DNA from: a virus
Length of the DNA stretch: 64,000 nt
Strand: one strand, 5' to 3'
Virus record (IMG/VR): IMGVR_UViG_3300028536_000016
Span: 6,696-70,695 of that record
Positions 9,923 to 18,817 of this stretch are shown piece after piece. A program made the position numbers and the translations under genes. The stretch's first letter is position 1. Each line of letters begins with the position of its first letter. The notes below the pieces were generated by a model. That model was not told where the DNA came from. It was given only the letters and a program-made list of their open reading frames with translations, and did no database searches.

Positions 9923-11052
9923 CCGACGAGACCACCCGCGCGGAGGCTGTGACGATCCCCGAAGGTTACGCGCTCGTGCCGATCGAGCCGACTGAGGCGA
10001 TGGTAGATGCGGCTACATGGGAAGGCCCACCAAGAGGGGCCCCATGGAGCGATTTGAAAGACGATGTCCGTGAGCGCTGGTCTGATATGCTCGCCGCATC
10101 CCCAGCACCGCAGCCCGAGGCGCAAGCGTCCGGCTTCGCGGAAGGCGTCGAGGCGGCTGCTAAGGTGGCGGAAAAATGGTGCACGTCTCAGCCTGCTCTA
10201 AGTAGCAGAGATCGAATGTTCGCATCGATCAATATTACTAATGCAATCCGCGCCTTGAAGCCCGTGGAGGCCGCGCCTGCGCCCCATTGGTCAACGCCGC
10301 TCGGTGGCATTATCGAAGCTCGCGGAGTGCTTCAGCAGGCGCGAAAAGACGTGCTTGCCGAAAAGGAGCGTAACAGCCATCTCAAAGGCGTTTACGAGCC
10401 GGTGCTGGGCGCGTTAGAGCCTGCCCTTAGCGTCCTAGCGTGCCTTGCCGCCACCTCCCAACCCTCTGCGAGCGAGGTGGAGCGGGATGCGCACTGGCTA
10501 ATCGAACGCCGCTGTTCACCATCGCTCTATCTGACCGGAAGATATTGCCTCGGCGGGCAGACCAGCGACGTAGACCACGCTGCTCGTTTCGCGACCAAAC
10601 GCGAGGCCCAAGAGGCTTTGCGGGTGATGCCGTCGCTCCCCCATGAAAGAGCAGAATTCTTCGTTGCCGAGCATATTTGGGTCGATGGAGTGTATGCCGA
10701 CGCAATCCTCTCCACCATCGCGCCGCCACGAACAGCCGAACCCTTGCATTTTCCGACCGCCGAAGAATGGCAGGCACACACCGAAGCTGATCGGGCGGCA
10801 TTTCTGGAGCAATATCGAGCCGCAGCCATCGCGTCGCCAGCGGACTTGCGAGGGTGGGTTGTGAAATCCGGTGACGGCAGACGGTTTCGCACATGGCGCG
10901 ATGGATTTTCAGCGTGGACTGACGACTGCGAGTGCGCGACGCGCTATGCCCGCCGACAAGATGCGGAAGCCGTTCATAAAGAAGACGAGGATGCGTGGTT
11001 CGTCGTGCCCTTCCCCGCCCTCGCGCGCTCCGCAGATCGGGAGGTGGGGTGA
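9919..11052 (+). CDS. Modular phage accessory protein
   Basis: PEGYALVPIEPTEAM N-terminal module plus two A.RF/Y..R.dA modules. Confidence 0.7.
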   Translation: MTDETTRAEAVTIPEGYALVPIEPTEAMVDAATWEGPPRGAPWSDLKDDVRERWSDMLAASPAPQPEAQASGFAEGVEAAAKVAEKWCTSQPALSSRDRMFASINITNAIRALKPVEAAPAPHWSTPLGGIIEARGVLQQARKDVLAEKERNSHLKGVYEPVLGALEPALSVLACLAATSQPSASEVERDAHWLIERRCSPSLYLTGRYCLGGQTSDVDHAARFATKREAQEALRVMPSLPHERAEFFVAEHIWVDGVYADAILSTIAPPRTAEPLHFPTAEEWQAHTEADRAAFLEQYRAAAIASPADLRGWVVKSGDGRRFRTWRDGFSAWTDDCECATRYARRQDAEAVHKEDEDAWFVVPFPALARSADREVG

Positions 11053-11276
11053 TGAAAGCGCATTACTTTGAGCTAGCCGAAGCCGATCAGGACGACTGGC
11101 AGTTAGGCATGGCAAAGATGCAGGGTTATGTTCCGCAAACATGCCTGCTCGGCGGTGTTGTCGTGATGGCCGAAGTATCGGCCGGCAGAAATCCATGTTG
11201 GGGTTGCGCGGGGCCACGGGCTCGGTGTCACGGGAAACCCATCTCCACTGTCGCGCGCGCGGAGGCGGGGGAGTGA
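11052..11276 (+). CDS. Small Cys-rich protein
   Basis: PCWGCAGPRARC; coupled ORF. Confidence 0.6.
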   Translation: MKAHYFELAEADQDDWQLGMAKMQGYVPQTCLLGGVVVMAEVSAGRNPCWGCAGPRARCHGKPISTVARAEAGE

Positions 11277-12142
11277 TGGCGAAAATGCCCGCGTCGTCCC
11301 GTCCGCTCCTCCGTTGGCATGGCGGCAAATGGCTCCTGGCGCCGTGGATCATCTCGCACTTTCCGCCGCATCGGACCTATGTCGAGCCGTTTGGTGGAGC
11401 AGCCTCGGTCCTGATCCGCAAAGAGCGCTCCTATGCCGAGGTTTACAACGATCTCGACGATGACGTGGTGAACCTGTTTCGGGTGATCCGGGACGATGAG
11501 CAGTCGGAGGCACTCCACTTCGCCGTGCTGCACACACCGTTCGCCCGCACCGAATTTAATGAGGCTTATCTCCCGACGAACGATCCCGTCGAGAAGGCGC
11601 GCCGGCTCATCATCCGGTCGTTCATGGGCTTCGGTTCGGGTGGGCATAACAACGCGCGCCCGACAGGCTTTCGCGCGAACAGCAATCGCTCAGGCACCAC
11701 GCCGGCCGGCGATTGGACGAACTACAATGAGGCGCTTGAACTGATCATATGGCGCGTTCGTGGCCTTGTAATCGAACATCGCCCGGCGATCGAGGTCATG
11801 GCCCAACAGGATCAGCCGACGACGCTGCACTACGTCGATCCGCCCTATGTCCACGCAACCAGGTCGAAGGCGAAAAACTCGACGCGGAAGAATTACGCGC
11901 ACGAGATGACGGATGACGATCACCGCAAGCTGCTCGACTTTCTGCCGACGCTCAAAGGTATGGTCGTCCTCTCCGGCTATCCGACACCGATGTATGACCA
12001 TGCCCTGACGGGCTGGGAGCGCGTCGAGCGTCTCGCACTGGCAGACGGTGCCCGCGAGCGCACCGAAGTCCTGTGGATCAACCAGCCGGCATCGGCGGCA
12101 CGTCACATCGCTCAACCGTCATTTGCAGGAATCGCAGCATGA
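11276..12142 (+). CDS. D12-class (Dam-like) DNA adenine methyltransferase
   Basis: RWHGGKW, YVEPFGGAASVL, YNDLD, YVDPPY, RTEVLWIN. Confidence 0.93.
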   Translation: MAKMPASSRPLLRWHGGKWLLAPWIISHFPPHRTYVEPFGGAASVLIRKERSYAEVYNDLDDDVVNLFRVIRDDEQSEALHFAVLHTPFARTEFNEAYLPTNDPVEKARRLIIRSFMGFGSGGHNNARPTGFRANSNRSGTTPAGDWTNYNEALELIIWRVRGLVIEHRPAIEVMAQQDQPTTLHYVDPPYVHATRSKAKNSTRKNYAHEMTDDDHRKLLDFLPTLKGMVVLSGYPTPMYDHALTGWERVERLALADGARERTEVLWINQPASAARHIAQPSFAGIAA

Positions 12143-12382
12143 CCACCCGCAAAACGAGCCACACCTGGGAATGGTGGGCCGGCGTCGTCGGGGAGCCGGG
12201 CTATCGGCGGAAGGGGGTTCGGTTGTGAGCAAGGCTGATACCTGCATTCCGCTCGGCATATGCACCGTCGCCGCCACTATGGTTTCCGGCGGCTGTGCAC
12301 AGAATGGCGGTTATTTCGTCGCCATCGCCGCAGCACTTGTTGCCGCTGGCTTAGCGCTGTTTCTTGTTGTGGAGTACAAGCG

Positions 12383-12796
12383 ATGAGTGATCGCCAGGCC
12401 ATCGCTGCGGCCGATCTCAAGGGATGCCCGTTTTGTGGGGGTGAGGGACTCGTCCATCGCGGCCCGTTTGGAGGCAGCGCTTTAGGCTGTTGGATCTCGT
12501 GCGTGGGGACTGACTGTCACGTCGTACCGCGCGCAAAAGGGTCGGACGAAGCATCTGCAAGCGCGGCTTGGAACGCTCGGGTTGAACGCTGCGGGCCAGA
12601 TGGTTCGCAGTCTGCCGTCATGGGCTGGCGGCCCATTTCGAGCAGCCCCATCCCTGAATATATTGATGTCGTTGTTGGCTGGTGGTTCTCGGCACCTGGC
12701 ATGGGGTCATCGTGGGAAACCGACACTGACATACTGAATGATTCAGCCACCCACTGGACGCCCCTACCATCCCCGCCAGCTTCGGGAGCGGTGTGA
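12383..12796 (+). CDS. Lar-family restriction alleviation domain fused to DUF551-like domain
   Basis: LKGCPFCGG...AWNAR; THWTPLPSPP. Confidence 0.75.
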   Translation: MSDRQAIAAADLKGCPFCGGEGLVHRGPFGGSALGCWISCVGTDCHVVPRAKGSDEASASAAWNARVERCGPDGSQSAVMGWRPISSSPIPEYIDVVVGWWFSAPGMGSSWETDTDILNDSATHWTPLPSPPASGAV

Positions 12797-13017
12797 TGAA
12801 AGACGTGCAGGCGTGCGGATGCGCGGCGATCGAATGCCTTACTTTTGGCTGCAAGCTCCAGCGCGCTCTGACGCCTGGTGTGCCTAACCTAAGTGGTGGC
12901 ATCTTGATTCCACACATCCCGGCTGGGTGCATCTGTCCTCCAACTAGCGAGCAGACATGCCAGTCGCCGATATGTCCACGTAAGCCAATACCGAGCGTAG
13001 GAGGCCCGCGCCCATGA
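12793..13017 (+). CDS. Small Cys-rich protein
   Basis: GCICPPTSEQTCQSPICPRK. Confidence 0.6.
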   Translation: MMKDVQACGCAAIECLTFGCKLQRALTPGVPNLSGGILIPHIPAGCICPPTSEQTCQSPICPRKPIPSVGGPRP

Positions 13018-13355
13018 CCGACATTGACGTGATGGTAGAGCGGTTGCAAGAGACCTCCACGGTCCGCGACGAGTTTGGGACTTGGACGCCACTTTGGAAT
13101 CCCGATGGCCCACGCGCCGCCGAAATGCTCCTGGCACTGAAGGCTGAGCGAGATATGTTGCGGGAGAGGCTTCAACCTTTTGCGTCGCTGTGCGAACAAT
13201 TTCATCAGGCATATATGCACATCGTGGGCATTGGGATCGATGGTCTGTTAGACGAAACACCCTTGCCGGTCGGCGGCCAAGCAGCTTCGTGCTTCATCTC
13301 AGTCGGAGACCTTATCCGCGCCCGCCAAGCACTGGAGGCCGATCGTGACGAGTAG
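13014..13355 (+). CDS. Hypothetical protein
   Basis: NPDGPRAA motif; RBS GGAGG. Confidence 0.65.
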   Translation: MTDIDVMVERLQETSTVRDEFGTWTPLWNPDGPRAAEMLLALKAERDMLRERLQPFASLCEQFHQAYMHIVGIGIDGLLDETPLPVGGQAASCFISVGDLIRARQALEADRDE

Positions 13356-13650
13356 GGTGGTGGAGCAGGTAGCGCGAGCGATCCATCAGCATGTCCTGGA
13401 CAATGAGGAACCCGGTGAAATCCGCACTTTTGATGATTGTCGCGAGGCCGCTTTGAGAATGGCCTCTGTCGCGATCGAGGCTATGCGCGAGCCTACGCCA
13501 GAGATGGTAGAGATCGGCGCCAACATCACGTCGACCGTCCCGATACCAATCGCTGCCCTACAAATCTGGCGCGCCATGATCGATGCCGCACTCGTGAGGA
13601 GGCTAGGCATGGATAGGCACGAGACCGCCATAGGTCCACAGCCAAAATAA
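13345..13650 (+). CDS. Hypothetical protein, paralog of 41562-41879
   Basis: VEQVARA...AIEAMREPTPEM...AMIDAAL. Confidence 0.7.
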   Translation: MTSRVVEQVARAIHQHVLDNEEPGEIRTFDDCREAALRMASVAIEAMREPTPEMVEIGANITSTVPIPIAALQIWRAMIDAALVRRLGMDRHETAIGPQPK

Positions 13651-13685
13651 GCGTACACCGTCTCAGCCAATCAGGGAACGCCATC

Positions 13686-15614
13686 ATGACCACTCCAATC
13701 CTCACCGGGACTCCGCCCACGAAAGCCCCAGTCGGCTCAACCTACAGCGCCACATTCACCATCACGGGCGGAACACCACCCTATGTCGCAGCGGGCTTCA
13801 AAGGCTCCAATCCCGGCTTGATCATCACCGTCAATGGCAATGACGCGACCGTGACGGGTCCGCTCAAGAGCGCGGGTGCGTTCAAGAATCTGATCGCACA
13901 GGTCCGGGACAGCAAAGGCGCGGTCGGGCAGTCGCCGCGCTGGACGCTGACGGTTGCGGGGACGGTGCCGCCCGTGGTTGTGCCGCCGGTCACACCGCCC
14001 GTCACGTCTCCCGGCACGCGCCCAGTTGGTGCTGGGTTCCGGCCGCCATTCCTGCCGCCCGTCTATACTGCGCCTCCAAGTCAGTTTCCGAAGCTATCAA
14101 CCTACAAGTCGCTGGGCGCCGCCCTCGATGCGAATGTCGGAAAGGCCATCATCGTTGACGTGGATATGAGCGTAACCTCGGCGGATCTATGCCGGCATCA
14201 GGTCGCGCTCTATGGGCAAGCAATAGGCGGCCGGAAGCCAAAGCTGACTTATACGGGCCAGATATCCCAACTCACGCCAGCATTGCTCTATGCGGTCGAT
14301 GGAGACCATATCGCGCGCGGGATTGAGTTCGTCGGGTTTGGCGACATCTTCGACATCGCGATCCCATCGATCAATCCTGCCCCATACAGCTATCATTCTG
14401 GTGACGCCTACGGGTTCGCGCGCGCGGTCCCGCAGGGCATGGGCATGTCATCGTCCAAGAATAAGGGTGTTGGCCTTTCAATCGACACGAAGAAATATCC
14501 TCTCATTGTCGGCGGCGAAGGACCGACTTGGGACATCGTGGATTGTGATTTCACCAATTGCGAGCAGGTCGGACAGGCCAATTCCGATAGCCTTACCCTC
14601 GCTCCCGTCATTGCAGGTGGCTGGCATCTGGTGGGCACATATGGCGGCCTACTGTGCAACACCACCGTCAATCCCGACCGATGGTTGGGCGACGTCTTGT
14701 GGGAGAAATGCACGGCAGCTAATGGGCGGCTCCAGCCGCTGAACAACAGCCACGGTCAGCACACGCTCTTCAAGTTCGGGATCGAAAATCCTGTCCACAA
14801 ACTCATTCGCCGCCAGAATGGCGCCATGCATAATATCACGGGCTCCTATATCCAGGATGGGCCTGAGCATGTTGATACCAATAGCGCGGTCATCTGGGAT
14901 TGGCGCAACGATCAGGCCGCGAGCTTTCCCTCGGTCTCGTCCCCCAAAGATTCAGTCGGCAAGGTTTGCGGTCTCGACATCGGCTGGATCTTATCCGACC
15001 ATGTACAGGGCCTAGGCGGAAATGAGGACGCAAACGCGGGATATTGGAAGACGCTCGGCCTATCAATGCACGATATCGTGCTGAAATCTCCCGGTGCGGC
15101 TGATTTGCGGAAAGTCACAGGTGGCCCGGAGCAGGATGGTTGCGAGTTCGGCATTGGTGGAAAACAGCCGGGCGATTTCGATGGTGCGGCACAAGATGCG
15201 AAGGTTCTTGTTTGGAATCTCGCGATCATCGATTCGCCGCCAGCCCTCATCGATCCTTGTGTTGGCCTGTTCGGCTTCAAGATGGATGGGTACGGGGTTC
15301 CGACCTATCAGTGCAATATCACGTTCGTGCGCGGCATGATCAAGACCAAGGGCTATGGCGGCCTACTGCGCAATTACGGCAATTTTCCCAAAGGTCTCTT
15401 CATGGATAATATCGGGTTCGTGGATTGCGAATTCGCACAGGATGGCGCTGGGGTTCGCAATCACCAGTTCTCCGGTACGGGAAGCCTGTCCAATGTCTGG
15501 TATTACGGTGGGAGCGGTGGTTGCCCGATCGACGCTGGCACGGGCATCAAGATCGATGGGCCGCCCAAACAGCTAACGGCTCTTCCGGTATATTTCGGTT
15601 CGGAGTATGCATAG
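13686..15614 (+). CDS. 642-aa protein: N-terminal Ig-like (He_PIG-type) domain, Pro-rich linker, probable beta-helix body
   Basis: VGSTYSATFTITGGTPPY Ig motif; PPVVVPPVTPPVTSP linker; Gly/Asn/Asp-rich beta body. Confidence 0.75.
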   Translation: MTTPILTGTPPTKAPVGSTYSATFTITGGTPPYVAAGFKGSNPGLIITVNGNDATVTGPLKSAGAFKNLIAQVRDSKGAVGQSPRWTLTVAGTVPPVVVPPVTPPVTSPGTRPVGAGFRPPFLPPVYTAPPSQFPKLSTYKSLGAALDANVGKAIIVDVDMSVTSADLCRHQVALYGQAIGGRKPKLTYTGQISQLTPALLYAVDGDHIARGIEFVGFGDIFDIAIPSINPAPYSYHSGDAYGFARAVPQGMGMSSSKNKGVGLSIDTKKYPLIVGGEGPTWDIVDCDFTNCEQVGQANSDSLTLAPVIAGGWHLVGTYGGLLCNTTVNPDRWLGDVLWEKCTAANGRLQPLNNSHGQHTLFKFGIENPVHKLIRRQNGAMHNITGSYIQDGPEHVDTNSAVIWDWRNDQAASFPSVSSPKDSVGKVCGLDIGWILSDHVQGLGGNEDANAGYWKTLGLSMHDIVLKSPGAADLRKVTGGPEQDGCEFGIGGKQPGDFDGAAQDAKVLVWNLAIIDSPPALIDPCVGLFGFKMDGYGVPTYQCNITFVRGMIKTKGYGGLLRNYGNFPKGLFMDNIGFVDCEFAQDGAGVRNHQFSGTGSLSNVWYYGGSGGCPIDAGTGIKIDGPPKQLTALPVYFGSEYA

Positions 15615-15699
15615 CCTTTAGCGCGTGATCCGTAGTTGTTTTGCTTCTCTGATTAAATGCGCCACCGGGAAATCCGGGGTGCTCAGGAGAGGATCGGAT

Positions 15700-15783
15700 A
15701 TGAGCTTGCGGATCATCATGCTGGCGTCGGTACTGCTTTGGGTAGGAATTGTCTCGATGTTGTGGCGAATGATCATCGCATGA
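15700..15783 (+). CDS. 27-aa hydrophobic peptide
   Basis: RBS AGGAGAGG; MSLRIIMLASVLLWVGIVSMLWRMIIA. Confidence 0.5.
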   Translation: MSLRIIMLASVLLWVGIVSMLWRMIIA

Positions 15784-15841
15784 CAGTTGGTCGCCAGCCC
15801 GCTATACAGGTCGGGTCAATCTTGGCGACTGACGAAAATTA

Positions 15842-15877
15842 AGCGGCCCGCTGGATCAATCTCGCGGGCCGTTTTTT
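15842..15877 (+). terminator. Intrinsic terminator
   Basis: AGCGGCCCGC...GCGGGCCG followed by T6. Confidence 0.8.
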
Positions 15878-15973
15878 GATTAACCCGATGTTTAGAGAAC
15901 CGCCTTAAAGCGGATGAACCCGCAAGGGCGGCGATGCACCTAACGGCAAATTGGATGCACCGCCTAACCGACG

Positions 15974-16579
15974 ATGAGGGAGATCATCGAAATGGCTATC
16001 AGGACTATAGGCGCGTTCTGCGCTTCGTTTCTATCCCTTTTGACGCCGCACCATGAGGGACCACACGGGGTCACGATCGCGCTGGATGATGCGGCGCCCT
16101 ATCGCGCGCATCACGAGCCATGGCGGTCCCCGTTGTCGCCGCATGACCAGCTCGTCTATGTCCTCACCCAGAACCTATGGGGCGAGTGTCGCGGTGCGAA
16201 GGATCGGAACGGCTGCTATATGGATGTCGCTAGCGTGCACCTCAATCGTGCGAAGGCCAATCTGCCGGGCCGCTATGGGTCTGGCCTGCGGGGCGTGATC
16301 GAGCACCCCTATGCCTTCTCATGCCGCAACGAGAACGATCCCGGCCGCGAGATGATGCGCCGCATAGCGCTGGGCCTCGTGCCCAAGAGCAGTCCTGACT
16401 TCATATCGTGGGTGCAGGCAAAGGGCGTGGCGCGCATGGCCGTCAATGGACATCTCAGCGATACCGTCCACCGCGCGACATTCTATCGGACGCGGGCCGT
16501 CAAGCCCGCATGGTTGCGCGAAGTTCGCTTGGTCGTGAGCGGTCGAGACCATGATTATTACGTGCTGCGGAGGGGATGA
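15974..16579 (+). CDS. SleB-like cell wall hydrolase (Hydrolase_2)
   Basis: LWGECRG, VASVHLNR, YAFSC, ATFY, PAW, HDYY. Confidence 0.82.
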   Translation: MREIIEMAIRTIGAFCASFLSLLTPHHEGPHGVTIALDDAAPYRAHHEPWRSPLSPHDQLVYVLTQNLWGECRGAKDRNGCYMDVASVHLNRAKANLPGRYGSGLRGVIEHPYAFSCRNENDPGREMMRRIALGLVPKSSPDFISWVQAKGVARMAVNGHLSDTVHRATFYRTRAVKPAWLREVRLVVSGRDHDYYVLRRG

Positions 16580-16722
16580 TGCGGATCATCGTCGCGCTCG
16601 CGTTGGTGCTGTTCATCATGTCGCTGCTGTCATGCGCCTCGGGTTCGGGACGGGAAGAGACTGGCAGATGCGCCATTGCTGTGCACCTGCGGTCACAGCC
16701 CGAGGGGGAGTGGAGTTGTTAG
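16576..16722 (+). CDS. Small lipoprotein
   Basis: MMRIIVALALVLFIMSLLS-C lipobox; ATGA-coupled to the hydrolase. Confidence 0.55.
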   Translation: MMRIIVALALVLFIMSLLSCASGSGREETGRCAIAVHLRSQPEGEWSC

Positions 16723-16726
16723 CAGA

Positions 16727-18163
16727 TTAGAATGATGCAATCGTTCCTGGACCCCCAATGGTGGCTTTGAATATATCTTTTGTAATATAAATCGTGCTGC
16801 CAGTATTGGCATATGCGGCACGGCCAGAGGCTGGAAGTTCATCACTACAAGCGTAAAGCCAATATTGAGCGGTGTCATCGGTCATGTAGGCAGTAGGAGG
16901 AAGCGCTCCACCAAATATTATATCGCCAAAATCTCCTGATTTTGCTGCAACGATAAATGATTTTGTAGTGCCAATGGATCTAAACGAACCACCATGGCTG
17001 TTTATAGATATATCTCCTAGTGAAATGGCAATTACCGTTTCATGAGTCGTCCAACCGTTATTTGATTGGTTGGTATATCTACCATTATTGTTCATCGTAC
17101 AGCGAACAGTGAGGCCAAATGTCAATGCTCCAGCAACTGCGGTATTATGCAGATTGAAGCCATCTGTCGTATTATCATCAATTGAACAATCGTAGCAGGC
17201 GAATATACCATGCAAGGCATCGAGCGTAACGCCGCGCTGGTTCGCTGAATTGTTGACGCCCCCCGCATATTTGAATGTTGAATTCAATAATACTACCGCT
17301 TTCCGCGAGGCTGGTAGACTTGTGTATCCTGAATATAGGCATCCACCAGCTACTCCTCCGGTGCCACCCTCCAAATCAAATCCGTCTCCTGTCGTTTCTC
17401 CACCCATGAAGAAGCTACATTGCGTCGCGCCCAGCTTGATGTTGGCGCTATTAAGAAGAATGCGTGTATTGATATTAACGACAGGATCTCCAGCAGGCCG
17501 CCGAATATAAACAATACCGCCCGATTCGCACCACGAGCCCGGCGTGATGTTGGCAATGGCAGGCGTTGCGACATTAGTAAGATCGAGATAATTACCGCTG
17601 ATAGCTGGCGTGCGCATATCCATGACACGCTGTGTTGCTAATCCACTGGTATTTGTGACGGCATAGCAATTAGGATAAGTACCATCGAGTGAGGGAGCTG
17701 AAAAAGAGAAGAGAGTGCTCATCCTAATGCGACCATTGCGTGCAATAAAAGCAAGATCGACGGCAGGAAGAGTTCCGCCAAAAGACATGACTTTCGTATA
17801 GTCCCAGTCCCGACCATTGGCGCCATCCATGATGACCTTTGTCGGCACGCCAGCAGAATTTGCAGCTTGGACGGCTTTCTTTGGGGTGGCAAAAGGAGAT
17901 CCTATTGTCCCTGGATTGCCATCAGAGCCTGTAACTGAAACATAAAATGTCGCGCCGGGGGCGGATCGCGCGGTAGAAAACATATCAAAAAGCGCTTCTG
18001 CACCAATGCCAGCATCGGCAATGGCGCGATTTCCGATCCATTTAATAAATGGCTTGATCGGATAATTAGTTGAATCCCATCCAAGCACAGTAGGAATGGA
18101 AACACTTTGAGAAATGATCGGAGGGACGGCTGGCGCCGTTGGTGGAATCGAAGGCGCGCCCAT
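16727..18163 (-). CDS. Right-handed beta-helix (depolymerase/tailspike-like) protein
   Basis: YVSVTGSDGNPGTIGSPFAT motif; N..DGFNLH and NNG..SNNGWTTH coils. Confidence 0.75.
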   Translation of the reverse strand: MGAPSIPPTAPAVPPIISQSVSIPTVLGWDSTNYPIKPFIKWIGNRAIADAGIGAEALFDMFSTARSAPGATFYVSVTGSDGNPGTIGSPFATPKKAVQAANSAGVPTKVIMDGANGRDWDYTKVMSFGGTLPAVDLAFIARNGRIRMSTLFSFSAPSLDGTYPNCYAVTNTSGLATQRVMDMRTPAISGNYLDLTNVATPAIANITPGSWCESGGIVYIRRPAGDPVVNINTRILLNSANIKLGATQCSFFMGGETTGDGFDLEGGTGGVAGGCLYSGYTSLPASRKAVVLLNSTFKYAGGVNNSANQRGVTLDALHGIFACYDCSIDDNTTDGFNLHNTAVAGALTFGLTVRCTMNNNGRYTNQSNNGWTTHETVIAISLGDISINSHGGSFRSIGTTKSFIVAAKSGDFGDIIFGGALPPTAYMTDDTAQYWLYACSDELPASGRAAYANTGSTIYITKDIFKATIGGPGTIASF

Positions 18164-18801
18164 CAGTTTCCACTCCAAGAAATCCAGTCGCCAGCGGTGC
18201 CGTTGACATAGATCGCATTGCTGTTTGAGACGCCGAACGCGCGAGCCGCGCCCGGCTGGATAACATCGCCATTGCCGGTGCCGTCCACAGTGTTGGTTAC
18301 ACCAGACGGCCCAACCACGAGCGCCGCCGCATTATTGGGATTTGCGAATATCGAAATGCCGTTTTTCAAGGCGTTGGCCGGGAGTTGAATGGCTGTCCCG
18401 GTGACTGCGATCTTGACCTGTCCGGAAAGGATTGTGGCGGGATTTATAGGCAGAACCGGCGCTGCCATCGCGGTCAGGATGGCGGCCAACGTGGTTTGCG
18501 TTGCGGCGCCGGTTGGAAGTGGGAGTGATGCCGCTAGTGCCGCAGCAATGGTTGCTAGAGATGCATTGCCCGTTATCTGATTGGCGGCCGATGCATCGCC
18601 CGCATCAAGCGTCGCAATAGCCGCCAGAACCGCAGCCAGCGTAGTCTGTGTTCCAAGCGTGCCGAGAACTGCAAGCAATTGCGGAAGCGACGGATTGCCG
18701 CTTTCATCGACGTCTATTCCTTGCGGATACTGGACATTGCCTATTTCCTTGGAGGCAAAATCCGTGCCCGGCGCAACGGGTGTTGTGAAATTATCGCTCA
18801 A
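18163..18801 (-). CDS. Fibre-like appendage protein
   Basis: ATQTTLAAIL/LPLPTGAAT repeats; small C-terminal beta domain. Confidence 0.65.
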   Translation of the reverse strand: MSDNFTTPVAPGTDFASKEIGNVQYPQGIDVDESGNPSLPQLLAVLGTLGTQTTLAAVLAAIATLDAGDASAANQITGNASLATIAAALAASLPLPTGAATQTTLAAILTAMAAPVLPINPATILSGQVKIAVTGTAIQLPANALKNGISIFANPNNAAALVVGPSGVTNTVDGTGNGDVIQPGAARAFGVSNSNAIYVNGTAGDWISWSGN

Positions 18802-18817
18802 GGCCGATATCCTTATC

